Part shown: positions 1-9,135 of the stretch, one piece after another
Numbering within the stretch: position 1 is the stretch's first letter
Layout: each line of letters starts with the position of its first letter
Source: a virus
Strand: one strand, 5' to 3'
DNA length: 64,000 nucleotides
Virus record (IMG/VR): IMGVR_UViG_3300005518_000003
Location: 14,564 to 78,563 of that record
Position numbers and translations under genes: made by a program
The notes under the pieces: model-generated
What the model saw: the letters and a program-made list of their open reading frames with translations, nothing else
The model's database searches: none
What the model was told of the DNA's origin: nothing

Positions 1-687
1 GAACGCGATTCGGCACGGTCCCTGAAGACGAATGTCGAGTGCGTTCCAGTCGTGCGCATCGTCCCAGCGCGTTTTGAGATCGTAGAACGTATCGAGCTCA
101 CCCGTTACGCCCTCACCTGGTGGTTTTCCTCCGAGCGGAGGCGTGTACGCCGTGAGCTGCACGTAAAACGGCGTTGGTGTCGCAACGGTATTGAAGAGCA
201 ATCCAGGTCCAGCGGAATCGCGGAACGCGAGGTTCTGCTGATTTCCGCCGGTAAGCGGATCCATCCTTTGCTCTTGAAGTGGCGGACGACCATACGGTTC
301 GTTCTTCCCCATTAGGCGCATGTGCCACGAGATATTTCCGTCCGGCAGCTTGAAATTCGGCGTTGTTACCCACTGCTCGACGACGCGCGGTCCCGCAGGA
401 GGTCCTGTCACGTCGAGCCTGGTACCGAGCGACCAGCCCATGCGAAATCCGCGAAGCCAAACGTTGCACGCTTCCGGAAAATTCGCCGTGCAGAGCAAAA
501 AGAGGAAACGGTTCGTCGGACCGTGGGTGACGAGCGCAGGCACACGAAGGCCAATCGATGACGTTCCGCCGTACGGATCGCCAGCGAGACCCTGCAATGC
601 TTCGTCGATGCCGGTCGAGACGAGCTCGACTCGGCGTCTTGGAATCACCAGGCTTGGATATCGTCGGAGGTGAGCGACTGCGCCCAT
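1..687 (-). CDS. Putative virion structural protein, partial (runs off the left edge; absent from the ORF track)
   Basis: ATG at 687 with GGAGG upstream, overlapping the stop of 696..1364. The frame stays open to base 1: MGAVAHLRRYPSLVIPRRRVELVSTGIDEALQGLAGDPYGG... Confidence 0.7.
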   Translation of the reverse strand, partial: MGAVAHLRRYPSLVIPRRRVELVSTGIDEALQGLAGDPYGGTSSIGLRVPALVTHGPTNRFLFLLCTANFPEACNVWLRGFRMGWSLGTRLDVTGPPAGPRVVEQWVTTPNFKLPDGNISWHMRLMGKNEPYGRPPLQEQRMDPLTGGNQQNLAFRDSAGPGLLFNTVATPTPFYVQLTAYTPPLGGKPPGEGVTGELDTFYDLKTRWDDAHDWNALDIRLQGPCRIAF

Positions 688-695
688 TCAGCCTC

Positions 696-1364
696 CTACG
701 ACTTGCACGCCGTGATGTAGCAGTCCGGAATCTGGATTCCGCACATATCACGAAGTCGAAGCAGCGCTTCGCGATCCGTGATGTTGACGCCGTCGAACTT
801 GTCCGTGTCGGGCGTAAGCGTTTTGAACGTCATCACGACCGTGATTGGGAAGTCCGGGAGCTGGACACGCGCGAGAAAATCGACCTGGAGCTGCTGTTGG
901 TACGTCATCACCCAGATGCCGTTTGGAAATCCGGGTCCTGGCGTTCCGGCGGCTTTCGCGAGCGTCGAGAGTGGCGTGAACTTCGATGCGATCGACGGCC
1001 GCGGCATGCCGACGACGTTGATCTTCGCTTCGATGCCGCTTTGGAGCGAAAAGAAGAAGTCGCTCTGCGGTTGAAGCACGTTCTGCGGCGTGCGGTCGCG
1101 TGTGATCGTGTACTCGATCTCCTCGATGATCGTGTCCGCGACGATCTTCACGTCGCTTCCGACTTCCGGATTCAGATTGCGATCCGGGTTGTCGAACGTC
1201 GTACGGACGTTGATGTAGTAGGGCACGAACGGAATGCCCTGCGCGCGCGCGAGTGCGAGTCGCGGATACCCGAGTGAGAGAAATCGGTAGATGTCCCTCA
1301 GCCAGTGATCGATCCCGCATGCCCCGGCGCAGTCGCCGAATCCCTTCTTGAGCTCGTCATTCAT
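696..1364 (-). CDS. Putative structural protein (minor capsid-like, beta-rich)
   Basis: 222 aa with alternating hydrophobic strands, directly downstream of the capsid candidate. N-terminal KKGFG and Cys-rich termini. Function inferred from position. Confidence 0.5.
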   Translation of the reverse strand: MNDELKKGFGDCAGACGIDHWLRDIYRFLSLGYPRLALARAQGIPFVPYYINVRTTFDNPDRNLNPEVGSDVKIVADTIIEEIEYTITRDRTPQNVLQPQSDFFFSLQSGIEAKINVVGMPRPSIASKFTPLSTLAKAAGTPGPGFPNGIWVMTYQQQLQVDFLARVQLPDFPITVVMTFKTLTPDTDKFDGVNITDREALLRLRDMCGIQIPDCYITACKS

Positions 1365-1375
1365 GGGGTCTCTCG

Positions 1376-1416
1376 ACGCCTCAGCCCCTCGGCCTTTCGG
1401 CGTCGGGGCTTGGCGT
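1376..1416 (-). promoter_or_regulatory. Structured RNA element, copy 1 (3' of capsid candidate)
   Basis: ACGCC-A-AGCCCC-GAC-GCC-GAAA-GGC-CGA-GGGGCU-GA-GGCGU. Matches copy 2 with compensatory changes. An extra GCGGC-GAAA-GCCGC hairpin lies at 1422-1439. Confidence 0.75.
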
Positions 1417-1444
1417 AGCTAGCGCGGCTTTCGCCGCGTCAGCG

Positions 1445-2827
1445 TTAGATGTTGACGAAGCCGCACTCGCACTCCGAGCAGAGTGCATCGCGCGCGTCCG
1501 CGTTGTTGCGGAGGAACGTCATGAGGTCGCCGTCGAGCTCGCGGCCCTTGACGAGCATCGAGAGCTTGAGGTCGCCCATCTTGTAGAAGGCGCGCTCCGC
1601 GAAGACCGCCTGCGAGTAGTTGACGATCGCCGCGGGCGGCACGTCGAGCGATTGCTCGAGCATGACCGGCGAGCCGCTGACCGTTCCGCCGAAGTTGATG
1701 TTCGTCGCGTCGACGATGAACGGAGGAATCACGCCGTTGCCCTGACGGCCCTGCGTGACCGAGAGGTAGTCGCGCATGATGTCGCCCTGGGTGTCGTCGA
1801 CCTGCTGGAGGACGAGACCGATCGGGATGCCTGCGCCGATGATGTACGGCAAATCGAGCTTTCGGAACTCGCTGTTGCCGCGGAGCATGTGACGGAGGTC
1901 CATGCCGCCGTAGGTGACGGGCGCGAGCTCGAACGCGCGCGACGGACGGAATTCACCGACCGGTACGCCGCCGACCGTGAGCACGCCCTCGCGGATGAAG
2001 TCGATCTTGAGGAAGTCGAACGCCGTTCCGAGCGAGTCGTAGTAGTCGTTCGTGCGACGAATCTCGGCGAGAACTGCGTCCTCGCTGAGACCCGACGAGC
2101 CGTCCTGAGCGTTCGGCGGCATGTACGCCGTGTGACGGAGGATTTCGTCGAGGATGTTCCACTTCGTGCCGATCGCCCAGCGGAGATCGTACGCGCGCAC
2201 GAGGTGCCACGCGACGTAGTTGGCCCACGCACCCCACTGAAGGATGGCAGGACGCATGAACTGCGTCGGCGTCTGACCGTCGAAATTGTCACCGAGGGCT
2301 CCGTTCACGATGTCGGCGACGGTGAAGACATCGGGGCTCGGCGGCTTCGCTTGGCCGACGACCGGGTGCGTCCACGCGTTGCCGAGAATCGACCACGACT
2401 TCGGCTCGGGTTCGAGGTGAAATCCGATCGCGCACGCGAGCATGTGGGTGTTGAGCTCGCCGTTCTGCGGCATCGTCGATTCGACGAATGCCACACCTTC
2501 GACGCTCTTCGAATTTCCGAAGAGATCGATCTCGCTCGAGAAGTTCTTCTCGATCGCCTGGTCGGTGATCGGGCCGACGAGCGTCCAGCGCGTTTGATGG
2601 ATCGTGTCCATCGCGTAGGACGCGCAGTCCATCGAGCTCTTGAGGAGGTTCGTGACGCCAACCGCGCCAAGACCCTTCTTCACGCCGCCTTCGTAAGAGC
2701 GGACCTTCTCGATGCTGATCGGCTCGCCAAGGCCGACTTTCTTGATCTCGATCTCCCGCTTGATTTGGCGGAACTTCGGGCGGAACGGGTGTTTCGGAGT
2801 CGACGGTTTGGCAAGTGCGGTGTCCAT
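1445..2827 (-). CDS. Candidate major capsid protein (non-HK97, possibly jelly-roll)
   Basis: 460 aa, strong GAGGAGA RBS, strongly biased codon use, beta-rich, flanked by paired RNA elements. Basic N-terminal arm with two GLG sites. Fold not verified. Confidence 0.45.
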   Translation of the reverse strand: MDTALAKPSTPKHPFRPKFRQIKREIEIKKVGLGEPISIEKVRSYEGGVKKGLGAVGVTNLLKSSMDCASYAMDTIHQTRWTLVGPITDQAIEKNFSSEIDLFGNSKSVEGVAFVESTMPQNGELNTHMLACAIGFHLEPEPKSWSILGNAWTHPVVGQAKPPSPDVFTVADIVNGALGDNFDGQTPTQFMRPAILQWGAWANYVAWHLVRAYDLRWAIGTKWNILDEILRHTAYMPPNAQDGSSGLSEDAVLAEIRRTNDYYDSLGTAFDFLKIDFIREGVLTVGGVPVGEFRPSRAFELAPVTYGGMDLRHMLRGNSEFRKLDLPYIIGAGIPIGLVLQQVDDTQGDIMRDYLSVTQGRQGNGVIPPFIVDATNINFGGTVSGSPVMLEQSLDVPPAAIVNYSQAVFAERAFYKMGDLKLSMLVKGRELDGDLMTFLRNNADARDALCSECECGFVNI

Positions 2828-2890
2828 GCTGTTCTCCTCTGCTCTCGTGGTTGCCGCAGCCGGGTCACGAGGTGCAGTTTGGTTTTTTCA

Positions 2891-2932
2891 ATGCCTCAGC
2901 CCCTCGGGCTTGCGCCGTTGGGGCTCTGGCAC
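2891..2932 (-). promoter_or_regulatory. Structured RNA element, copy 2 (5' of capsid candidate)
   Basis: GUGCC-AG-AGCCCC-AAC-GGC-GCAA-GCC-CGA-GGGGCU-GA-GGCAU, GNRA loop, covaries with copy 1. Confidence 0.75.
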
Positions 2933-2947
2933 GCTATGTCGAAGCGG

Positions 2948-4684
2948 TTACTCGGCCGCTTCGTCGTTGCGACGGTGTCTCGACGTTCCGGGGAACCGGA
3001 GCGAGGAGTTGTCCTCTTCCACCACGAGTCCGAGACCGCGCGCCGCGCTGTCGAGAACCTGCGGATGGAATTGTCCGAGCGTCGCGAAGCTGCCGCGATG
3101 CTTGGCGATGAGCTGATCGGCGTACTTGCGCTGATCCGGTGTCGCATGTCCTGCCGCATGCGCAGCGAGCACTTCGCGATTCTTTCGAAGCGCGACGTAG
3201 GCTTCTCCGTGCGAGCGTAGGACGTCCGTTGCTCCCGAAACGTCGCCGAGTCCACGGACTCCCACCGGAGCGTACGCGGAAACCGGAGGGCTTTGTGGCG
3301 TCGTCGGAACCATGATGCCCGGAGGCATTTGTTCCGGCGGAACTTGTGGCTGACGCGAAATCGCCGGAGGCGGCACGAATCCGCCTGGCGGGGTGTACGG
3401 GCCTTGATTCACGACGGGCGGATATCCTCCGCCCGGTGGAATCGTCGGATGCGGACCGCCTTGTGGAAGTTGCATTTGCGGCATCACGCTCGGCCCGGTT
3501 GAAGGACCGGACGGAATCATGCTGCGACATCCGCAAGAACCGCCGAGGCCAGGGTACTGACCGCAGGTCGAGCACGGGGCTCCGGCGAGACCGACCGCCG
3601 TGCGCTGTCCGATTTCTCCCGAGAAAAGCTTCTTCCCGGTCGAGTCGGATGCGCTGTCCTTGAAGAGGTACGCCGCGAGATCGTCGACGGCTTTTCCGAC
3701 GAGACGAACGGCTGCGCCGAATCCGAAGAACTGAAGCGCGCTGCGCCCCATCGGCGATCGAATGAACTGCGCGACGACGAGCGGTGTTCCGGCCACGGCG
3801 ACGCCCGCACCAACGCGCGGAAGGAAGTCGTCCATGAGCGGAGCTTCGATGAAGCGCATCGCGAGCGCTTGACCTTTGTCGTCCTTGCGTTCTCGCATCG
3901 TCACGAGACGATCGATCACGTCGGCAGCGGTGTAACCGATGGCGCCCGTGACGAGGCCGACGACGAGCTCCCAGCCAGTGACCGGGTTCTCCATCGCTCC
4001 GCGACGGGAGTGACGACGGCGACGGAGACGCTCACCCGTGATGTGTCCGACGAGGCGCGTGCGGTAGCGCTTGCCGTGCGACTTGCCTCCGCGGCGACGT
4101 GTGAAACGTCCGCGACGGGTGCGACGCACCTGGCGCGGGAACTCGCGCGCACGCGCGCGACGACGACGACCACCTCGACGGCGACGGCGGCGGCGCGGAG
4201 CTTCGGCTGCACGCGCGTAGCGGCGGCGACGGCGGCGGCGCGGAGCTTCTCGAGAACGACGTGCGCGACCTCGACGACGGCGACGGCGGCGCGGAGCTTC
4301 CTCACGCGATTGACGACGACGACGACGACCACCCTTGCGACGTTTGCGGGCCATGTGCACGGTCTCCTTGGAATGAGAACGGCGTCTCGCCCGCACGCGA
4401 GATCGTTTTCTTCGCTTGAGTGAACCGCGACGGCGGCGCTTCGTCAAGCCCTCTTCTTTCGCATGACGACGGCGACGGCGTTTGCCGGCACGACGCTTTG
4501 CAGCTTTCCCGCCGAAACCAGCCTTGATCTGCGCAGGAGTCAGCCTGCGTCGTTTTCCTCTTCGCGCCATCTTTCTGCCTCGTTTTCGTGGGGTGTCTGC
4601 ATGAAGGACCACCGCCCGCCTCGAAGCAGCCTGCTCTGGCTCGGAACGCGCTCGCGAGAGAATCTCTCGATAGTCGACGGGCAT
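2948..4684 (-). CDS. Arg-rich (protamine-like) core/membrane polyprotein
   Basis: About 200 aa of poly-Arg tracts, then MENP, hydrophobic helices, a Cys cluster and a Pro/Gln-rich region with GLG sites. The start may be MARRGK at 4570. Confidence 0.7.
   Translation of the reverse strand: MPVDYREILSRARSEPEQAASRRAVVLHADTPRKRGRKMARRGKRRRLTPAQIKAGFGGKAAKRRAGKRRRRRHAKEEGLTKRRRRGSLKRRKRSRVRARRRSHSKETVHMARKRRKGGRRRRRQSREEAPRRRRRRRGRARRSREAPRRRRRRRYARAAEAPRRRRRRRGGRRRRARAREFPRQVRRTRRGRFTRRRGGKSHGKRYRTRLVGHITGERLRRRRHSRRGAMENPVTGWELVVGLVTGAIGYTAADVIDRLVTMRERKDDKGQALAMRFIEAPLMDDFLPRVGAGVAVAGTPLVVAQFIRSPMGRSALQFFGFGAAVRLVGKAVDDLAAYLFKDSASDSTGKKLFSGEIGQRTAVGLAGAPCSTCGQYPGLGGSCGCRSMIPSGPSTGPSVMPQMQLPQGGPHPTIPPGGGYPPVVNQGPYTPPGGFVPPPAISRQPQVPPEQMPPGIMVPTTPQSPPVSAYAPVGVRGLGDVSGATDVLRSHGEAYVALRKNREVLAAHAAGHATPDQRKYADQLIAKHRGSFATLGQFHPQVLDSAARGLGLVVEEDNSSLRFPGTSRHRRNDEAAE
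4180..4300 (-). repeat. Three tandem coding repeats, EAPRRRRRRR
   Basis: GGCGGCGCGGAGCTTC recurs three times on the + strand. Confidence 0.75.
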
Positions 4685-4759
4685 GACGGTGTTCCCACGT
4701 CACCCGCACGTAACGCTTGGGAGAAGTCTACGCGCAGATCGAGAGATTACGCAACAAGG

Positions 4760-5275
4760 TCACGGAACCACGATTCCGCGGTCATCGACGATGCATCCGT
4801 CCGGCAGCTCGATCCGATAGAACTGCTCCGAGGTCTTTCGACGCCAAAAGGAATAGAGCACCGCGGGTTTCTTGAACGCTCGGCTCTTGAATGGATAGAG
4901 AAGAAGCTGCGTGAGATTCTTCGCCTTGTTGAATTTATGGTGAAAGAACCCCGGATGCTTTGTGCCTGCTCGGTCGTAGTAGATCTCGTTGATCTCTCCG
5001 AGCTTGTGCCACGTGGAAATATTTTCTGGCGGAAGATCGATTCCGCCTTCGAACACGGTTGCGCTGCGACCAAAATAATCTGAACCTTCGTCGCTCTCTG
5101 TCTTTCCACGATCGAACTCACCGATCAGCAAGCTGCACGTGGGCCAGTCTTCACCACTCTCGTCGTAGAGCATCGCCGCGTCGCGAGCCGGCTTGACCCT
5201 CTTACTCCCGCTACCGAGACCGATTCCCGGAGCGCGTAGGTTGATCTCGATCTTGCGTCCCATGCAGATCAGCAT
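4760..5275 (-). CDS. Hypothetical virion-module protein
   Basis: 171 aa, co-oriented in the operon, GIGLGS near the N-terminus. Confidence 0.65.
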   Translation of the reverse strand: MLICMGRKIEINLRAPGIGLGSGSKRVKPARDAAMLYDESGEDWPTCSLLIGEFDRGKTESDEGSDYFGRSATVFEGGIDLPPENISTWHKLGEINEIYYDRAGTKHPGFFHHKFNKAKNLTQLLLYPFKSRAFKKPAVLYSFWRRKTSEQFYRIELPDGCIVDDRGIVVP

Positions 5276-5281
5276 GGAGCC

Positions 5282-6118
5282 TCACTTCGCTCGACGACTC
5301 GCCCACCAAGCTTTGATGTCGTCTTTGTACACAAAGCCGAGAACACCCGCGGTGACGACTGTTCCGCCAAGCATCCACCAACCCCACGGGAACTCCGGCC
5401 CGGCCTTTGGCGTAGTGCATCCGCCAGCCACGAACTTCTGCGCTTCGAGAAGATCGTCGCGCGCCTTCAAATCTTCCTTCGACCAGGGCGCGTTCGGATT
5501 CTGGATGTGATAGTCGACGATTTTGTTGTAGTCCGCATGCAATCGAATGAGCTCGCGATCACATTCGATCTTCGAAAGAATGTCGTCGATGACGAGCGAC
5601 GCGAAGTAGATCAAAGCGATGGCGATCGCTGTAACCGCAAGCATCTGCGCGATGACGGCAACGATCATCACGGGGATGAGCACCTCGATGTTTCCCGTCG
5701 AGTTGTTTTTCATCTGCGTGGCGTCAGCCGGCGTTGGCGTTTTGATTCCGCGTCGCTTCGCAATAATCTGAAGCGTACGAGCCAGCGTATCTGTCGGATT
5801 GTCCGAGCCGCCAGCGCTGATATTTTTGTCGTTCGCGAGCTTCGCGTTGATCGCACTCGAGACCATGAGCGTGATGAAGTCTTGCTTCGAAGGGTTGTCG
5901 TTCGCGATCCACTTTTTGGCGGTGGCTCTTGCATTCGCGGAGGCGAACGCCTGATCCCACGAGCGGCCCTGTACTTGTGCCCAAAACTGTTTGATGAGTA
6001 CGTACGGATTGAGCGAAAACGCAGGAAGTTTGAGCGCTGCGGTGACGTCGTCGATGGGTGCGCCAAGGCCCACGATGCGAAGTGCTTTCTGAAAATCTTC
6101 GTAGCGTACGAGGGTCAT
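5282..6118 (-). CDS. Membrane protein (internal and C-terminal TM segments)
   Basis: Long hydrophobic stretch plus C-terminal WGWWMLGGTVVTAGVLGFVY; GLGAP near the N-terminus. Confidence 0.7.
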   Translation of the reverse strand: MTLVRYEDFQKALRIVGLGAPIDDVTAALKLPAFSLNPYVLIKQFWAQVQGRSWDQAFASANARATAKKWIANDNPSKQDFITLMVSSAINAKLANDKNISAGGSDNPTDTLARTLQIIAKRRGIKTPTPADATQMKNNSTGNIEVLIPVMIVAVIAQMLAVTAIAIALIYFASLVIDDILSKIECDRELIRLHADYNKIVDYHIQNPNAPWSKEDLKARDDLLEAQKFVAGGCTTPKAGPEFPWGWWMLGGTVVTAGVLGFVYKDDIKAWWASRRAK

Positions 6119-7002
6119 CGGCTTCTCACCTTTCGAATGACGACGGCAGCGAGAGCCGACGCAGCGACGATACCACCGCCGACCACGGCCGCCTGCTTGT
6201 TCGTGAGCTTCGGAAGTGAGGGCAGATCGGGAAAGAAATCGCCAAGCTCACCGAGACCACGAACGAGACCGCGAATCGGCTTCGCGAGCTGCGGTGCTGC
6301 GGCTTGGACGCCCTGACCGACGTTATACCAAACCTGTTCTTGCGGATCCGGACCGAGCACCATCTCGCTCGGAAGTTGATGGTACTGGCCGTCACTTCCA
6401 AGACCAAGCACCGGTAGTGCTCCGATTCCGACGAACTCGGCTTGAAGACCCGCGTACGCCGGATCCTTCCACGGGTTCATGCGTGTCTCACGCGACGCCT
6501 TCGCCTTTTCACCCGCCGTGAAGCGCGGCGTGGTCGCATCGAGTGGAAACCATTTCCCATCTTCGAGTTTCACTTCGCAAATCACGTGCTGTTGATGCTC
6601 CGACCCGAAGAACTGGCGAACAATCTCAACTTCGAGTCCCGACGCCGCGCAAAGCGACGCGAGTGCCGTCACGAAGCCATCGCAATCCTCGATCGGAATG
6701 CACGCCAAGGCCCCTTCAACGCAGAGCGTGATCGGCGCGGCTTGGATCAACTCCGTGCCCGGTGGATCGTGCGTGTACCCAATGCTTCGTTTGCAATGGT
6801 TGAAGTGCGCGGTCGCTTTCTCTTTGTTCGTTCGCGGAAACATCGCTTGGCGAAGGATGTTGCCCGCGAAGCTGCGAAAAATTGGCATGGGAGCAGCCTC
6901 CCGAACCTTTTCGCAGATTTTGTGCAGCGACTTTTGGATCCCTTCCTCGCCGTCCGGATACGACTCACGAAGGTACGGAACGCCAGCGGAGGAGGTGTTC
7001 AT
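6115..7002 (-). CDS. Transglutaminase-like cysteine protease with C-terminal membrane anchor
   Basis: DCDG (Cys), QHVICEV (His) and WFPLDAT (Asp) in the order of the transglutaminase-core triad; C-terminal TM followed by a basic tail. Confidence 0.8.
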   Translation of the reverse strand: MNTSSAGVPYLRESYPDGEEGIQKSLHKICEKVREAAPMPIFRSFAGNILRQAMFPRTNKEKATAHFNHCKRSIGYTHDPPGTELIQAAPITLCVEGALACIPIEDCDGFVTALASLCAASGLEVEIVRQFFGSEHQQHVICEVKLEDGKWFPLDATTPRFTAGEKAKASRETRMNPWKDPAYAGLQAEFVGIGALPVLGLGSDGQYHQLPSEMVLGPDPQEQVWYNVGQGVQAAAPQLAKPIRGLVRGLGELGDFFPDLPSLPKLTNKQAAVVGGGIVAASALAAVVIRKVRSR

Positions 7003-7005
7003 CGA

Positions 7006-7398
7006 TCAGTCCTGAATGCACATATACGGGAAGTTCGGCATTCCCGTAGGAACGGAGTGATATCCCGGAGGACACGGATTCGCTTTCGGGTTGGAAAGAT
7101 TCTGCGCGAGCTGACTCGCAACATTTGCAAGATTGACGGGTTGCAATTGCGGCGGCGGCTGCGGTGGTGGCGTCGTATCGACCGGCTTGACGTTTCCAGG
7201 CGGACCGGTTGTCGTCGGCGTCGATCCAGGAGGAAGCGGTTGCTTTCCGCTCGCGATGTCCTCGGTCGTCGATTTCTTCGTAAGGTAGTTCGTGAGGAGA
7301 ACGGCGACGGTCGTTGTTATCGCGGCTGTTGCCCCGGCAATAAGGAGCTGCATCCCCGTGCTCTCGACCGGATTTCTTCGCGCTCTTCGCATCACCAC
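7006..7398 (-). CDS. Small membrane protein with RRNP leader
   Basis: MRRARRNPVES, then a TM helix and a Pro/Thr-rich tail. Confidence 0.7.
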   Translation of the reverse strand: MVMRRARRNPVESTGMQLLIAGATAAITTTVAVLLTNYLTKKSTTEDIASGKQPLPPGSTPTTTGPPGNVKPVDTTPPPQPPPQLQPVNLANVASQLAQNLSNPKANPCPPGYHSVPTGMPNFPYMCIQD

Positions 7399-7970
7399 AC
7401 CGGAAGCGGGTTGGCTGGGAGCAGAAACCCAATCTGCGAAGCGATGGCTTGAACGCTCTTATAGAGCGCGTTGATCAACTCCGAAGAGAGCTGGAGCCCT
7501 TTCATCGCGTTCACCCATGCGGCAACGTCGTTCAAGAGCTGTTGGTTATTCTGCTGGTTCGGCTGACCGTACGCTTGCGGATTCGGCGCGGGCGGTGGTG
7601 TTCCGCCTCCTCCGCCTCCGCCTGGTGGAAGAGTTTTTCCACCGCCACCCATTTGCGCTGAACTTGGACGCAGCGCGAAGTAGAGGCCCGTCCCTAGGAT
7701 GGCTGCACCGCCGAGACCACCGAGGATGTAGAGCGTCGATTTTTTCATGACCGGATTGCTGCGTGCACTTCTTCGGCGTGCGCGTCGACGTTTTACGTAG
7801 CGACGAGAATAATCGCGTCGATCAAGGCTTGCAGATCCACGCGAACCGTGAGGAAGCCATCGCAGAGCTTCTCGTTTGTTCCTCGCTTGGACGTAAAAGT
7901 ACGACGACCTGCTTTCCCCAGGATAGCGGTAGGTCACCTTGTACGATTTGAAATCCCACATCGCGGGCAT
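7392..7970 (-). CDS. Membrane protein with basic domain, RSNP motif and TM
   Basis: RBS before ATG 7970; RRRARRRSARSNPV, then TM ending GLYFALRP. Confidence 0.7.
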   Translation of the reverse strand: MPAMWDFKSYKVTYRYPGESRSSYFYVQARNKREALRWLPHGSRGSASLDRRDYSRRYVKRRRARRRSARSNPVMKKSTLYILGGLGGAAILGTGLYFALRPSSAQMGGGGKTLPPGGGGGGGTPPPAPNPQAYGQPNQQNNQQLLNDVAAWVNAMKGLQLSSELINALYKSVQAIASQIGFLLPANPLPVW

Positions 7971-8034
7971 CCCTCTTTCACGCACGACGCGCCCGCACGA
8001 GCGCCTGCATGTCGTCAGCATACGACGAGGTGGG

Positions 8035-9135
8035 TCACTTCGACAATTCGGCCAATTTGTTGATGGTGGTGGCGATCTTTATAACGACGCTCAGCGCAGA
8101 GAGTGCGGGGCCGAAAGCCAAGGAAAACACTGTTCCGATCGTGGCCATGAACATCTCGAAGACCATCCCAGCATCGACCACTTTGATGCATGGATTTACC
8201 TTCTCGTCGTGCGACTCGAACATGTCGATCAGTCCCGCGATCATCATTCCGCCAACAGACGCGTGGAGCATCGTGAGCGATTTTTGCGGAAGAGGTTTCC
8301 CTTCGCTGTCGGTCGTCGGAAGCGTTTTGTCGTTTTTCTTTGCGAGGTCGCGTGCAAATTGTGCGAGCCGATCGCGCGTCCACGCGGGCATTGCGAACAT
8401 AAAGAGCGAAGAAACATCACCTGGAAGAGAAAACGGCAACGTGATCCCGTATTTCTTCAACGCGGTGAGCACACCTCCGAAGTCTCCGCTGTCCAGTCCT
8501 TTTTTGATGCTGGCCTCCATCGAAGCGACGACCGCTGCGTTGAATGCTCCTGGATCTGCGTGAGGATCGATCGCGTTCCCAGCGTAGCGAATCTGTTTTC
8601 CTTTGTCTCGCGGGTCGCATTGGAGATCGACTCCACACGTCTTGATGATGTCAGGACCGCGATAGACCGTGTTGAAGAACGGGTAGGCCCAATCGTTTCC
8701 GAGCTGAACAACCGCTGCGGCCAACGTCTGGCAATGCGAATGACTCGCAAGTTCGTCGGTCGTGAATTTATTTTCTTTGTTGTAGAAGGCCGCCAGAATG
8801 AGATCGATCACTTTTACGCCGCCGTGCGTGAAGATTTTTCGAAACGCATCGGCTTGAAGAAAAATCGGCGTGCCATTCCCGAGTAGATCCGCCATGGCCG
8901 TCAGCCGTTTCGTAAGCGCTGCGATCTCGATTCCTCGAAGCACGGACACTTGTGCGTACGTCGAGCTCACGGCGAGCATGCTCTCGATCGCGGATTTTTT
9001 CTTTGGCCTTGTCGCCGCGTAGACGATTCCGCCGAAGAGAGCAACGCCAGCACCGATGCCACCGTAAACCGTGAGCTTCGGGTGCTTGTGATAGAAGCGC
9101 TTCGCACTCCTCTTGACGTCGCTGACGAGTTTCAT
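8035..9135 (-). CDS. Membrane-anchored protein
   Basis: N-terminal TM ending GGIVYAATRP and a hydrophobic C-terminus; 366 aa. Confidence 0.7.
   Translation of the reverse strand: MKLVSDVKRSAKRFYHKHPKLTVYGGIGAGVALFGGIVYAATRPKKKSAIESMLAVSSTYAQVSVLRGIEIAALTKRLTAMADLLGNGTPIFLQADAFRKIFTHGGVKVIDLILAAFYNKENKFTTDELASHSHCQTLAAAVVQLGNDWAYPFFNTVYRGPDIIKTCGVDLQCDPRDKGKQIRYAGNAIDPHADPGAFNAAVVASMEASIKKGLDSGDFGGVLTALKKYGITLPFSLPGDVSSLFMFAMPAWTRDRLAQFARDLAKKNDKTLPTTDSEGKPLPQKSLTMLHASVGGMMIAGLIDMFESHDEKVNPCIKVVDAGMVFEMFMATIGTVFSLAFGPALSALSVVIKIATTINKLAELSK

Noticed and set aside
113-751. 212-aa minus-strand ORF in the track
   Set aside because: Wrong frame; the RBS-bearing frame starts at 687 and runs off the edge
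1652-3220. 522-aa + strand ORF
   Set aside because: Antisense shadow of the codon-biased capsid candidate; no motifs
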